From Caldisericota bacterium (GTDB lineage Bacteria > Caldisericota > Caldisericia > JAAYUI01), in assembly GCA_029548865.1 (NCBI GenBank), contig JAKPMO010000002.1:128001-192000 (forward strand): a stretch of DNA of 64,000 bases, written 5' to 3'. The number at the start of each line of letters is the position of its first letter. Within the stretch, counting starts at the first letter, position 1. Made by a program: the position numbers and the translations under genes. The notes beneath the pieces are model-generated. The model saw only the letters and a program-made list of their open reading frames with translations. It was not told the origin of the DNA and did not search any database. Positions 47,067 through 56,409 of the stretch are shown here, piece by piece.

Positions 47067-49670
47067 ATGAAAAAAATTGCCTTGTTTTTGGCACTGTTTT
47101 TAAGCCTGGTACCCTTTATTGCCATGGCCCAGATACTTCACTGGCCGATGCTGGGTGGGAACCCCCTTCATGAAGGGGAAGCTTCTGCTATCCCTCAATC
47201 TCCGCTTGAACAGACATGGAGAAAATCACTGGGAATCCCGACTTACAGCGCTCCGCTTACAGATGGCAGCAAAATATACCTTTCTTGTGGCACAAGAATT
47301 GATGATTCAGGAGCTTTCTTCTGCCTTGATCCACAAGATGGAAGAGTGGTTTTCAGGCATGATTTTGCCAAAGGCATGCCCCAAACCCCAGTTTTGTCTG
47401 GTGGAAGGATAATCGGTGCCTGTGCTGACGGGCACATATATGGCAGAGACATCAGTGGCTCCGAGGTTTATTCCACCCTCATCGAAGGCAAGGGTTCAAG
47501 ATCGTCCGGCGTTGATAATGCAACCATGGTAATTTTTGGAACGACAGGTTCAAAAAACAATCTTGTCTGCGTCGATGCATATACAGGAAACACGAACTGG
47601 ACTGCGGCAATAGCCTCTGATATCCAGACTGCTCCAGTTGCTTACGGTGGTTTGATATATGTTCTTGCTGATGACAACAACCTTTATGCGGTTAACGATT
47701 CGAATGGAAATATTGAATGGAAATGGGAGGTTGGTTCGTCTCCATCTGCCGCTCCGATGATCTTTGATAACCACCTCCTGATTCCAAGTTCATCGGGTAT
47801 TTCAAGTTTGCATCTTGCATTTGAATACAAAGATTTGAAAGTTTCCTGGACAAGGGATGATATTGGCAAAGTGACAACCATGCCATGTACTGATGGAATA
47901 AACATTTTCTTTGGGACTGATTCAGGCAAGCTCTATTGTCTTAACGGCGCAAATGGCAACCAGGACTGGGAATACAATGCTTCTTCGAGAGTAACCTGCT
48001 CGCCTGTTGTCGCATCTGGCAAGGTTGTTTTTGGGTGTGAGGATGGCAACGTCACTATCCTGGACTCTGAAAATGGCAAGTTTGTAGAAAAAATTGCCTT
48101 GGGAGCCATTCCAACGGCACAGCCGCTGGTTTTTTGGGACAGAATAATCGTTTCCTGCTCAACAGGTGAAGTTGTTTGCCTTGGGCCGAAGGGCGAAGGT
48201 GGCGGTGGTGGCGAAGTGGTTGTTGACCCCGAACCAAAGACGCCCATTCTGAAAATTGATTGCCCACAGTCTGCATTTGTAGGGCAAAAGGTGAAAATAC
48301 CAATACTCATTGAAGACGCACAAAACATAACCGGGCTCAAATTCACCTTTGCTTTTGACCAGTCAAGCATCAAGTATACAGGATACGAACCAGGTCAGTT
48401 CTTCTCCCATGATGGATCCAATCCTGAAACGACATCGCAGGAGGGCGATGGAGAGGTTGTTTTTGGGATTGGTCCAGCCTATCCCGCAAGTGGAAAGGGC
48501 ATGATTCTGGAGCTTGAGATTGAGCCACTTGTTCCAGGAAAGCATGGCCTCACACTAATCGATGCCACTGCAACAGCCGAGGGTGATTTGACCTGCGAGC
48601 CCCTGATTGTTTCTGACACTCTTGAAGTCAAGCTGCCGCGACCGGAGGTGGAAGTCCTTCTTGATCCCGCATTGATTGATCACGGGAAGATAACCGGAAA
48701 GACGAGTTTCAAGCTCAGACTCACGCAAAAAAATGGTGAACTGGCCGATTTTATTGCCAGAGGCTCATCGGAGGCCTGCATGGTTTTTCCTGACTCGGGA
48801 ACAATCGGCGGGAACAATGGAATAGACATCATTGCCACTGTTGACCCGGCAAAATTGCCAAAAGGGCCCAGCGAGGTTGTTGTCTCAGTGAACATAATCG
48901 GAAAGACCCTCAAATCAGTCATAAAAGTCATTGTGCCGGAAGAAGAACTGCCAGGAACCCCACCACCCTGCATCAAGGTTGACCCGATAGCGCTTGATTT
49001 TGGCTTTATCCCGAGGGGCAGAGAGGTATCAATCGATTTCACGCTCACATTTGATACCGACAAGGAAATATCTGGTGTAATCAAAACCGACAAGAGGTGG
49101 CTGAGGGTAACGCCGGCCACGTTCAAAACGAAGGGTGGAGAGGTTACCGGAATAGCCACCATAGCTGCTTCGGAGCTCCCAGGCGTCTCATCAGTGCTTG
49201 GCTACATGACCATTTCGGCCCAGGGGAAAATATGCCAGGATGTCCGCGTGGAGGCCAGGGTGGAGACCCAGCCAAGCATTGTGCTGGAGCTTGATGTTGG
49301 CGTGAAGAGGGCAAGCATTGGCTCGATAAAGGTCGATCTTGACCAGGCGCCGCGTATAAGAAACGAGAGGACGCTTGTTCCAATAAGGTTTGTGTCAGAG
49401 TCTTTTGGGTGCAAGGTACAGTGGGAAGCGACCACAAAAAAGGTCACCATAAACCGCTTTGACGACACGATAATCCTCTGGATAGGCAAAAAAGAGGCAA
49501 TTGTGAATGGCAAAATGGTCAGCCTTGATGTTGCCCCTTCAATTGAGGAAGGTGGGACCCTTGTACCGATAAGGTTTATCTCCCAGGCGTTTGGCGCAAG
49601 TGTCGAGTGGTTTCACGAGACAAAGCACATCAGGATCACCTATACCCCGCCGGATGATTATGTGTTCTAG
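47067..49670 (+). CDS. secreted PQQ-like propeller + cohesin-like + BACON-like + stalk-domain protein
   Basis: Signal peptide; propeller blades; VGQKVKIPILIEDAQNITGLKFTFAFDQSSIKY...GQFF; RTLVPIRFVSE, TLVPIRFISQ. Confidence 0.85.
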   Translation: MKKIALFLALFLSLVPFIAMAQILHWPMLGGNPLHEGEASAIPQSPLEQTWRKSLGIPTYSAPLTDGSKIYLSCGTRIDDSGAFFCLDPQDGRVVFRHDFAKGMPQTPVLSGGRIIGACADGHIYGRDISGSEVYSTLIEGKGSRSSGVDNATMVIFGTTGSKNNLVCVDAYTGNTNWTAAIASDIQTAPVAYGGLIYVLADDNNLYAVNDSNGNIEWKWEVGSSPSAAPMIFDNHLLIPSSSGISSLHLAFEYKDLKVSWTRDDIGKVTTMPCTDGINIFFGTDSGKLYCLNGANGNQDWEYNASSRVTCSPVVASGKVVFGCEDGNVTILDSENGKFVEKIALGAIPTAQPLVFWDRIIVSCSTGEVVCLGPKGEGGGGGEVVVDPEPKTPILKIDCPQSAFVGQKVKIPILIEDAQNITGLKFTFAFDQSSIKYTGYEPGQFFSHDGSNPETTSQEGDGEVVFGIGPAYPASGKGMILELEIEPLVPGKHGLTLIDATATAEGDLTCEPLIVSDTLEVKLPRPEVEVLLDPALIDHGKITGKTSFKLRLTQKNGELADFIARGSSEACMVFPDSGTIGGNNGIDIIATVDPAKLPKGPSEVVVSVNIIGKTLKSVIKVIVPEEELPGTPPPCIKVDPIALDFGFIPRGREVSIDFTLTFDTDKEISGVIKTDKRWLRVTPATFKTKGGEVTGIATIAASELPGVSSVLGYMTISAQGKICQDVRVEARVETQPSIVLELDVGVKRASIGSIKVDLDQAPRIRNERTLVPIRFVSESFGCKVQWEATTKKVTINRFDDTIILWIGKKEAIVNGKMVSLDVAPSIEEGGTLVPIRFISQAFGASVEWFHETKHIRITYTPPDDYVF

Positions 49671-49689
49671 ATAAGCATGGCATACAAAG

Positions 49690-49717
49690 AGGCCCTTTTA
49701 TAAATTTGAAGGGGCCT
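49690..49717. terminator. hairpin, probable terminator between convergent genes
   Basis: AGGCCCTTTTA...TGAAGGGGCCT. Confidence 0.55.
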
Positions 49718-49782
49718 GTTTACTATTTCAAAGTATTATTAGATATCTAATCTAATAATATGATAATTTTTGGTACATTAAA

Positions 49783-51858
49783 TCAACTTTGCTCTTTATG
49801 TTTCCTCTTATATGCCATATTAATAAATATTGATGCTATTATGATAGCAATAGCAGCAATAAGTATGTAATACTTATATTTATTTATATCTTCATAGAAT
49901 GGAGTGGTATTTTGCGCTTTTACATTGTTTTCTTTAGTTTTTTCAATGGTGACCTCGTCCAGTTTTGCGACAAAGAGGACAGAGCTCTCGGCACCTGGTG
50001 TTTCACCCACAAATGATTTGTAGTTTTGCTCCATCTCCCTCATCTTGTCCAGTTCTGCCTGGCCACCAAACAGGAGCTGTTTTGACTCGTCCATCGCCTT
50101 CTGGACTTTTTCCTTTCCGCCATTGCGCTCGATGGCCTGCTGGAGTTTCTTTCCGAGTTCCAGCAACCTGTCTGATTGCGGGCCAAAGTCTTCAGCCATT
50201 TTCTTGAAATCATCAATCATCGAGAGGATTTCTTTCTGGTTTGGCACCTTGACCCCATGGAATGTCCCGCCTGAAACCAGAACATCAAACTGTGAGAGGT
50301 TTTTTGTTATCAGGGCCGGTATTTCTGAAAGCGGCGGTGTTTTTGTCCCGCCTACGTCTCCACCCTTGATTATTGTGTTCAGGCCAGAAGATATTGCGTT
50401 AAGCCCGTCAATGGTTGTGTTTATTCCTGGCATCTGGACGCTCATGACCTCTCCGCCGGAAATGAGCGCGGTTAGCGCCTGATCGAGCAATTTGAGGTTT
50501 TCCGGCATGGAAGATATTGACGGTATGTCCTTGCCTCCGATGGTTCCACCATCCACCAGCACCTTCAGGTTTTGCGATGCCTTGTCGGACTCCTGTTTTG
50601 CAGAATCGATTTTTTGACCGATGATCTTGAGCGAGTTTTCAATGTCTGAAAGTTTGTCCTGGAGGTCCTTGTCACTGGTCTGGGATTTCAGTTTTGAGAC
50701 TGATGACAACGTGTCATCAAGCGTGGTTTTGGAAACAAACAGCTCTCTGGATGATTTGTTTGCAGAATTGGCTGAATTCTGGAGTACGGATACACTCTCT
50801 GTCAAGCCGCTGGTGTTGGAATCAAGCCCCTGCTTCATTGTTTCAACGACCTGCTTGTGACCCTTACTTAGCTGGGAGAGGTTGTCTGCCCCACTGGCAA
50901 GCTCTTTGAGCCCCTTTTCAAGATCAGAGAACGATTTTGTCAGGTCAGAGACCTGTTTTTTGGAGTCATCAATCGCCTGCTTTGAGGCATCAAGAAGCGA
51001 TTGGAGCGATACAAGCTGGGATAATATTTTATCTGGATCAAGGTTGATTTCTACTCCGGCCATGTCGAGAAGATCAGTATTGTCGGCAACGGATGCCAGA
51101 AGGTCCTGAATTGCAGGGTCGATACTTGGTATCGAGATGTCAGGGATTCTTGGCAAGATCGAGACTTGGACAGACGGCAACACAACCGAATCGCTTGAAT
51201 ATTCGAGCACAGCTTTACCATCAGGGCTTGGAAGGAGCGTCCAGATGATCCTTTTACGGCTTCCAATGGTCATCGACATGGCACCCTTTGCTTCGATGGA
51301 GCTATAAGAATCCACTGGTATTTCAGCTTGCACCATCACAGTCATTGGTTGGTAGAGGGTTTTTTCTTTGGTGACTGTTTTGTCACCCTCTTTCCAGCGC
51401 AGGTTAACAGTTTTTGGCAGTTTATTTGTGAAGGACATGGAGAGGGTTATTTTGCCATTTTTCCCAATTGTTTGTTCTGGCTTTGTTTTTTTGCCATCCA
51501 ATAACAATTCCACATCAAAACTTATTGGCAGTGGTTTGTCTGTTTTGCCTGTGTAAAATATATCTTTTTGCCCATTGGAACTGAATTTCCATGTTACATT
51601 GCGGCCAGCAATTTCAGGCTTCATGCCTGGATCAAGCGATATTACATCCGAGATTTCAGGCTTGTCCTGGACTATCATTTCACCCGTTCCTTCGACCCTG
51701 AGCCAGTTTACAACGGATTCTTCAACTGGTTTTCCGTTCCAGTCCAGCACAGTATAGACCGTTTGGGTTCTTTTTACTGTCGCTGGTGTGCTTACAGCCA
51801 TCACCGGCACTGCAAGTGCCAGTGATGCAGTTATTGCTATCAAGAGGACCTTACGCAT
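49783..51858 (-). CDS. MMPL-associated membrane-anchored coiled-coil protein (XXXLXXG heptad/YhgE-like)
   Basis: Signal peptide; TVYTVLDWNG..V.NWL, YTGKTDKPLPI, GKNGKI; LxxG heptads; YKSFVG...VLFV; C-terminal TM. Confidence 0.8.
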   Translation of the reverse strand: MRKVLLIAITASLALAVPVMAVSTPATVKRTQTVYTVLDWNGKPVEESVVNWLRVEGTGEMIVQDKPEISDVISLDPGMKPEIAGRNVTWKFSSNGQKDIFYTGKTDKPLPISFDVELLLDGKKTKPEQTIGKNGKITLSMSFTNKLPKTVNLRWKEGDKTVTKEKTLYQPMTVMVQAEIPVDSYSSIEAKGAMSMTIGSRKRIIWTLLPSPDGKAVLEYSSDSVVLPSVQVSILPRIPDISIPSIDPAIQDLLASVADNTDLLDMAGVEINLDPDKILSQLVSLQSLLDASKQAIDDSKKQVSDLTKSFSDLEKGLKELASGADNLSQLSKGHKQVVETMKQGLDSNTSGLTESVSVLQNSANSANKSSRELFVSKTTLDDTLSSVSKLKSQTSDKDLQDKLSDIENSLKIIGQKIDSAKQESDKASQNLKVLVDGGTIGGKDIPSISSMPENLKLLDQALTALISGGEVMSVQMPGINTTIDGLNAISSGLNTIIKGGDVGGTKTPPLSEIPALITKNLSQFDVLVSGGTFHGVKVPNQKEILSMIDDFKKMAEDFGPQSDRLLELGKKLQQAIERNGGKEKVQKAMDESKQLLFGGQAELDKMREMEQNYKSFVGETPGAESSVLFVAKLDEVTIEKTKENNVKAQNTTPFYEDINKYKYYILIAAIAIIIASIFINMAYKRKHKEQS

Positions 51859-53890
51859 TTTTCCTCCTCGTCTTTCCTTTGAAGATCAAAAGTAATGCAG
51901 GTATTGCGATTATTACTATGGTTCCAGAAATCAACGCTCCTCTGGCCAACAGCATTGTCAGGTCTTTGACCATTGAAATCTGTGAAGTTGCTGAAATTGC
52001 GGCACATGCGCCAAAAAGTGTGAGTGCCGATGTGATAATTGCCGGAGAGCCTTCTCTTATGGATATTTTCATGGCCTCTTCTGGCGATTTGTCTTTTAAT
52101 TCATCGAAATATCTTGTTGCGATTAGAATTGAATAGTCAACTGTTGCGCCAAGTTGTATTGCTCCAAGCGCAACCGGACCAAAGTAGAATGTTGGTGGCA
52201 TGTTCAAGAACCACTGGATTGCTATGTTGAGCCATATCGCCACCTCTATTCCGACTATTAGAACGAGTGATGGCCTAAATCTCCTGAGTGCTATCCAGAC
52301 TATTGCGAATACCCCAAGGATGGTTGCAATATTGACTTTCAGGTTGTCTGATACACCCATTTTTTCAATGTCGTATTGGATCATGTCCGCACCTGTTGCC
52401 AGTACGTTGCCGTTATATTCCTTTTCAATTGCTTTTATGTTCTCAAAGGATTTTTCCAGCTCGGTTTTGTCCGGTGCATTCAGTGTTACAGTCAGCAGAT
52501 GTTTGCCTTCGGACTCGAGTTTCGCAAGCACTTTTTTGGGCACGTACGATCTTGGAACATAGGCAGAGCCGGTTGAAAGTGGGCCGATTATTTCCTTGAC
52601 GTGGGGCACTTTTGATAGTTTTTCCTCAACCTCCAGTCGCTGGTTTTCATCCATTCCAAGCAAAACAACCGAGACTGTGTGGCCGCCACCGAATTTTTCC
52701 ATCACCAAATCAAGGTCTTTTTGCACACTTTCGTCAAATTTGATTCCCTCTTCAAAGGAGTAAGTGACAGGTTGCATGTTCGAGCCTATGAAAGCTGGCA
52801 CTGCAAGCACCAAAAAGACAAGTGCTATTATCCCTTTGTTTTTGACAACGAAATTGCCAAGCTTTTCCATGTTTGGAAAGAGGTTTCTGTGTTTTAGGGC
52901 ATTGAGCGGTTTTTCAATTATCAATATTAGGGCAGGCAGTATCGTAAGTGTCACGATGAAACCCACAAAAACGCCCTGGGCCATTACTATTCCCATGTCT
53001 CCCCCCATCTTCATACTCATGAAGAGGAGCGCCAGGAACCCTGCCATTGTGGTCAGGCCAGAGGAAAGAACAGCTGTGGAAGTTTTTGCAATTGATTTTG
53101 CCATTGCCTCCAGGGAGGGGAGCGTTTTCTTTTCCTCCTCGTATCGGTGTAGCAGGAATATCGCATAATCCATTGTTACCGCAAGCTGGAGTGCAGCGGC
53201 AATAGACGATGTCATGAAGCTCATCTGCCCCCTGAAAAATCCGGTCAGGCCAAAATTTATGAGTATGGCGATTCCTGCAGAAACAAGAAAGAGTATCGAA
53301 TAAGCTGGCTGAGTGAGTGCCAGAACAAGTACCAGGAGAATTGCTATGACAGCAATTACAAGCATCGAGCTTTTTGCTGAATTAGAGAGCCTTTCAACCT
53401 CTTGATTGTACAGAAAATCACCAACAACCCTTGCTTCAACTCCAAGTTCTGCTTTTATGGCCTCAGCCTGTTGCGATGGCTTTCTTCCAGTTGGTGCCAG
53501 CGTGATTTGTATGAGCGTGTCCTCGCCTGAAAGGAATTGGTCCCTGGCCTCTTTTGAAGCAAAATCTTCCGGTATTTTCACATCTTCAAGATCTGAATAC
53601 CAGAAGGTTTCTGCAACATCCGGCATTTTGTTTAGCCTGTCGATGATCTCCTTGGTTTCGCTGACTGTTTTCCCGGAAAGCACCACGTAGATGTTGTCCG
53701 AAAACCCAAAATCCTCCTGTAATATTTTTTGGCCAATCACAGAATTGATGTCCTGGGGAAGGTATGAGTAAAAATCATAATTGATTGAGAGCTTGCCAAT
53801 CCCTATGGCGGAGAGCAGAAGGATACCAAGGCAGGAAATCGCAACGCCTATCCTGTTCTTTACGATCCAAGTTCCGATCTTCTCAAGCAT
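51851..53890 (-). CDS. MMPL/RND-family transporter
   Basis: INYDFYSYLP, LQLAVTMDYAIFLLHRY, IQLGATVDYSILIATRY; two TM blocks. Confidence 0.9.
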   Translation of the reverse strand: MLEKIGTWIVKNRIGVAISCLGILLLSAIGIGKLSINYDFYSYLPQDINSVIGQKILQEDFGFSDNIYVVLSGKTVSETKEIIDRLNKMPDVAETFWYSDLEDVKIPEDFASKEARDQFLSGEDTLIQITLAPTGRKPSQQAEAIKAELGVEARVVGDFLYNQEVERLSNSAKSSMLVIAVIAILLVLVLALTQPAYSILFLVSAGIAILINFGLTGFFRGQMSFMTSSIAAALQLAVTMDYAIFLLHRYEEEKKTLPSLEAMAKSIAKTSTAVLSSGLTTMAGFLALLFMSMKMGGDMGIVMAQGVFVGFIVTLTILPALILIIEKPLNALKHRNLFPNMEKLGNFVVKNKGIIALVFLVLAVPAFIGSNMQPVTYSFEEGIKFDESVQKDLDLVMEKFGGGHTVSVVLLGMDENQRLEVEEKLSKVPHVKEIIGPLSTGSAYVPRSYVPKKVLAKLESEGKHLLTVTLNAPDKTELEKSFENIKAIEKEYNGNVLATGADMIQYDIEKMGVSDNLKVNIATILGVFAIVWIALRRFRPSLVLIVGIEVAIWLNIAIQWFLNMPPTFYFGPVALGAIQLGATVDYSILIATRYFDELKDKSPEEAMKISIREGSPAIITSALTLFGACAAISATSQISMVKDLTMLLARGALISGTIVIIAIPALLLIFKGKTRRKNA

Positions 53891-54467
53891 TCTTCTCCTT
53901 CAGAAGGCCGTAAAGGCAAATATCAATGAATTCATCGATAGCATTGTCCATTGGGAACTCGTAGCCTGCATTGGAAGTGAAGAACTGCAGGATTGCCATC
54001 AAAGCCATGCTGATGATTGACTTGTAGTCGTTTTCCCTCAGGATGCCTGATTTTTTCCCCAAATTCAGGAGTTCGGTCAGGTAGTTGCTTACCCGTCCCA
54101 GCACCATTATCTGGAACCTGTGGAGCTCCTCGTTGTTTTTGGCCTCGTTTGCAAGGATCCTTATTGTCTGGGCGTTATCGCGCACGATCCCTGTAAAACC
54201 GTGGAATATTTCATATACCTTTTCAATAAACTCTTTTTGTGAGATTGTTTTTTGTCCAGCAAGGTCATACTGGAAGCTGTATTGCATTCTTTCGATGAGC
54301 TCTTTTGCCATTTCCACCATCAGCGCTTCCTTGCTCTCGAAATAGAGGTAGAAAGTCCCTTGTGCCACTCCAGCCTGGGCAACGATGTCTGCAATCCTGG
54401 TTTTGGCAAAACCCTTTTCAGAAATGACTGCGACTGCCGCTTCCATTATCTCGCCTTTTCTGTCCAT
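53883..54467 (-). CDS. TetR/AcrR-family regulator
   Basis: EKGFAKTRIADIVAQAGVAQGTFYLYFESKEAL; AAGGAG RBS. Confidence 0.93.
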   Translation of the reverse strand: MDRKGEIMEAAVAVISEKGFAKTRIADIVAQAGVAQGTFYLYFESKEALMVEMAKELIERMQYSFQYDLAGQKTISQKEFIEKVYEIFHGFTGIVRDNAQTIRILANEAKNNEELHRFQIMVLGRVSNYLTELLNLGKKSGILRENDYKSIISMALMAILQFFTSNAGYEFPMDNAIDEFIDICLYGLLKEKNA

Positions 54468-54479
54468 CTCATCTCCTTG

Positions 54480-54516
54480 TGACTGAACCATCAGTCAGTG
54501 ACTGACTAATCAGTCA
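54480..54516. promoter_or_regulatory. two tandem palindromic TetR-type operators
   Basis: TGACTGA-ACCA-TCAGTCA (54480-54497) and TGACTGA-CTAA-TCAGTCA (54499-54516), just downstream of minus-strand TTGACT. Confidence 0.8.
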
Positions 54517-54631
54517 TATATCACAATGAAGATTTTGAGTCAAGGCAGATATGCAAAAGAACTTAACCGATTGAAAGTCGTTGAATAAACTGCGAAGAAT
54601 AGCTGTTTTTGAATTGAAAATTCAGGCGAAT

Positions 54632-54667
54632 AAAAAGCTGGTGGCAAATTAAAAATGCCACCAGCTT
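54632..54667 (-). terminator. intrinsic terminator after lplA
   Basis: AAGCTGGTGGCA...TGCCACCAGCTTTTT on minus strand. Confidence 0.8.
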
Positions 54668-54695
54668 GCTTTAGAATCAATGATTATAGGCTAGG

Positions 54696-55805
54696 CTAGC
54701 CTATAACGCCGACAGAATTGTCCCTGGCCTTAAAGATGACCTCGACAATGTCCTCCGGCTTGACGCCAAACACTTTTGGCCCTGTGGCAAAAAAACTGTT
54801 TACGGCATTCAAAAGCTCTTCCCTGTCCACTTTTTTGCCCTTGAGCGCGTTTTCAAGGTTTGGAAGTGAGTCTGAAGGCATCATGAAGAAATCGCCGGAG
54901 ATGACGATGTCGTCTATGTGGTCATCCTTGATTGAGAGGGTGGTCCTGATCAGTTTGTCAGATTTGAGGTCAGCCTCGGCGATGATAAGCCCGGCCATGA
55001 CTTTTGTCCTCTTGCCAGACATGTCCATGAGCTTTTCGTGGCCCCTTGTCCTGCGGTGGAGCCATTCATCTGTTTTTGTTGTGGCAAAGATCTCTTCAAG
55101 GTTTTTCTTTTCCGCTTCGGTCATCTCGCCTTTTTCAAGCTTGACGCCCAGTTCGGTTTCAAAGACTGGCAGATACTTTTTCTGGACTTCTTCGTAGGTG
55201 AATTCTTTTCCAAGCTCCCTCTTCAGCGAAGTCATGTGTTCCCTGACGTTTTCGATTATTTTGTCCCTGAATTTTTCAGACGGGACTTTCAGTACCTGGG
55301 CCATCATCTCGACGTCCGCATCCATGATTACATTTCCGATTACAAACGAGGCCCCATGCATGTTCGCCAGGGCGTTCCCAGAGGCCTTTCTGTGGCCTAT
55401 AATTACATCATTTACCGGCTTGAATGACGCATCACAGCCAAAAGCCTTGTATGTAGAAACCGTTGGCCTGAGAAGTCTCTCTGAAACAGTGACGGGATCA
55501 CCCATGACGAGCGGGTCATCATTTTTGACAATGATGTGGTAGAAGAACTGGTATGGGTCGAGGAAAACTGCACCACCACCTGCCTGCCTTCTGACAATGG
55601 GGACATTGTTCTTTTTGCAAAAATCTTCTTCAACCTCCTTTTCCAGCAACTGGTGGACGCCGATGCACACATAAGGCGTTGCCGGGTGGCAGTTGACCAG
55701 CGTATTTGGCGAATTGCCCTTTCCAACCTCTTTTGCCACCGCTTCGTAGATGCTCTGGATTGTCCATCCATCCAGACCGCCACAATCTAGCAATCTCCAA
55801 GCCAT
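54696..55805 (-). CDS. lipoate--protein ligase family protein with C-terminal accessory domain
   Basis: CIGVHQ, VRRQAGGGAVFLD, NDV..RKASG, ISGDFF; GGAGGG RBS. Confidence 0.88.
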   Translation of the reverse strand: MAWRLLDCGGLDGWTIQSIYEAVAKEVGKGNSPNTLVNCHPATPYVCIGVHQLLEKEVEEDFCKKNNVPIVRRQAGGGAVFLDPYQFFYHIIVKNDDPLVMGDPVTVSERLLRPTVSTYKAFGCDASFKPVNDVIIGHRKASGNALANMHGASFVIGNVIMDADVEMMAQVLKVPSEKFRDKIIENVREHMTSLKRELGKEFTYEEVQKKYLPVFETELGVKLEKGEMTEAEKKNLEEIFATTKTDEWLHRRTRGHEKLMDMSGKRTKVMAGLIIAEADLKSDKLIRTTLSIKDDHIDDIVISGDFFMMPSDSLPNLENALKGKKVDREELLNAVNSFFATGPKVFGVKPEDIVEVIFKARDNSVGVIG

Positions 55806-55906
55806 AAAACCCTCCTGTTTCACAAAATAGATTTATTTTGAATCAACGACTGCTGGTTTACTTTCTTGACAAAAGCGCCTATCTATATAAATTTATCAAG
55901 CGAGGT

Positions 55907-55982
55907 GCCTAGGTAGCTCAGTTGGTAGAGCAGTGGACTGAAAATCCTCGTGTCGGCGGTTCAAGTCCGTCCCTGGGCACCA
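55907..55982 (+). tRNA. tRNA-Phe(GAA)
   Basis: GCCTAGGTAGCTCAGTTGGTAGAGC...CTGAAAA...GGTTCAAGTCC...CCTGGGCACCA; TTGACA upstream. Confidence 0.96.
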
Positions 55983-55992
55983 TTTTTATTTT

Positions 55993-56406
55993 CTAGCCCT
56001 CTTCAACGTCCTCTGGTTCTGGGATGTTCTCGTATGGAAGCCCATTTCTCCTCTTGTAGTCGTTTATTGCCCTTGCAAGTGCGACTGCGCCAAGATTTGA
56101 ACAATGGATTTTGTTTGATGGCAAACCACCAAGCGCTTCCACGACTGCTTTGCTGGAGATGGAGAGCGCCTCGTCAACATTTTTCCCTTTCACCAACTCG
56201 GAAATCATTGACGAAACAGCTATTGCCGCTCCGCATCCAAACGTCTTGAACTTGATGTCGGTTATGATGCCGTCTTTTACCTTGATGTAGAACGTCATCA
56301 TGTCGCCGCAGACCGGGTTTCCAACTTCGCCAACACCGTCTGCATCATTGATCACTCCAACATTTCTCGGGTTTCTAAAATGTTCGATAACCTTCTCTGA
56401 ATACAT
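55993..56406 (-). CDS. iscU: Fe-S scaffold (IscU/NifU-N type)
   Basis: YSEKVIEHF.NPRNVG, GNPVCGD, FGCGAAIA, KIHCSNL. Confidence 0.94.
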   Translation of the reverse strand: MYSEKVIEHFRNPRNVGVINDADGVGEVGNPVCGDMMTFYIKVKDGIITDIKFKTFGCGAAIAVSSMISELVKGKNVDEALSISSKAVVEALGGLPSNKIHCSNLGAVALARAINDYKRRNGLPYENIPEPEDVEEG

Positions 56407-56409
56407 GAA

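Noticed and set aside
55930..55950. U-U mismatch in the tRNA-Phe anticodon stem suggesting a pseudogene
   Set aside because: Single mismatch; other arms, CCA and promoter are intact
46891..55982. Segment between two tRNAs as a genomic island
   Set aside because: No integrase and no duplicated tRNA 3' end seen
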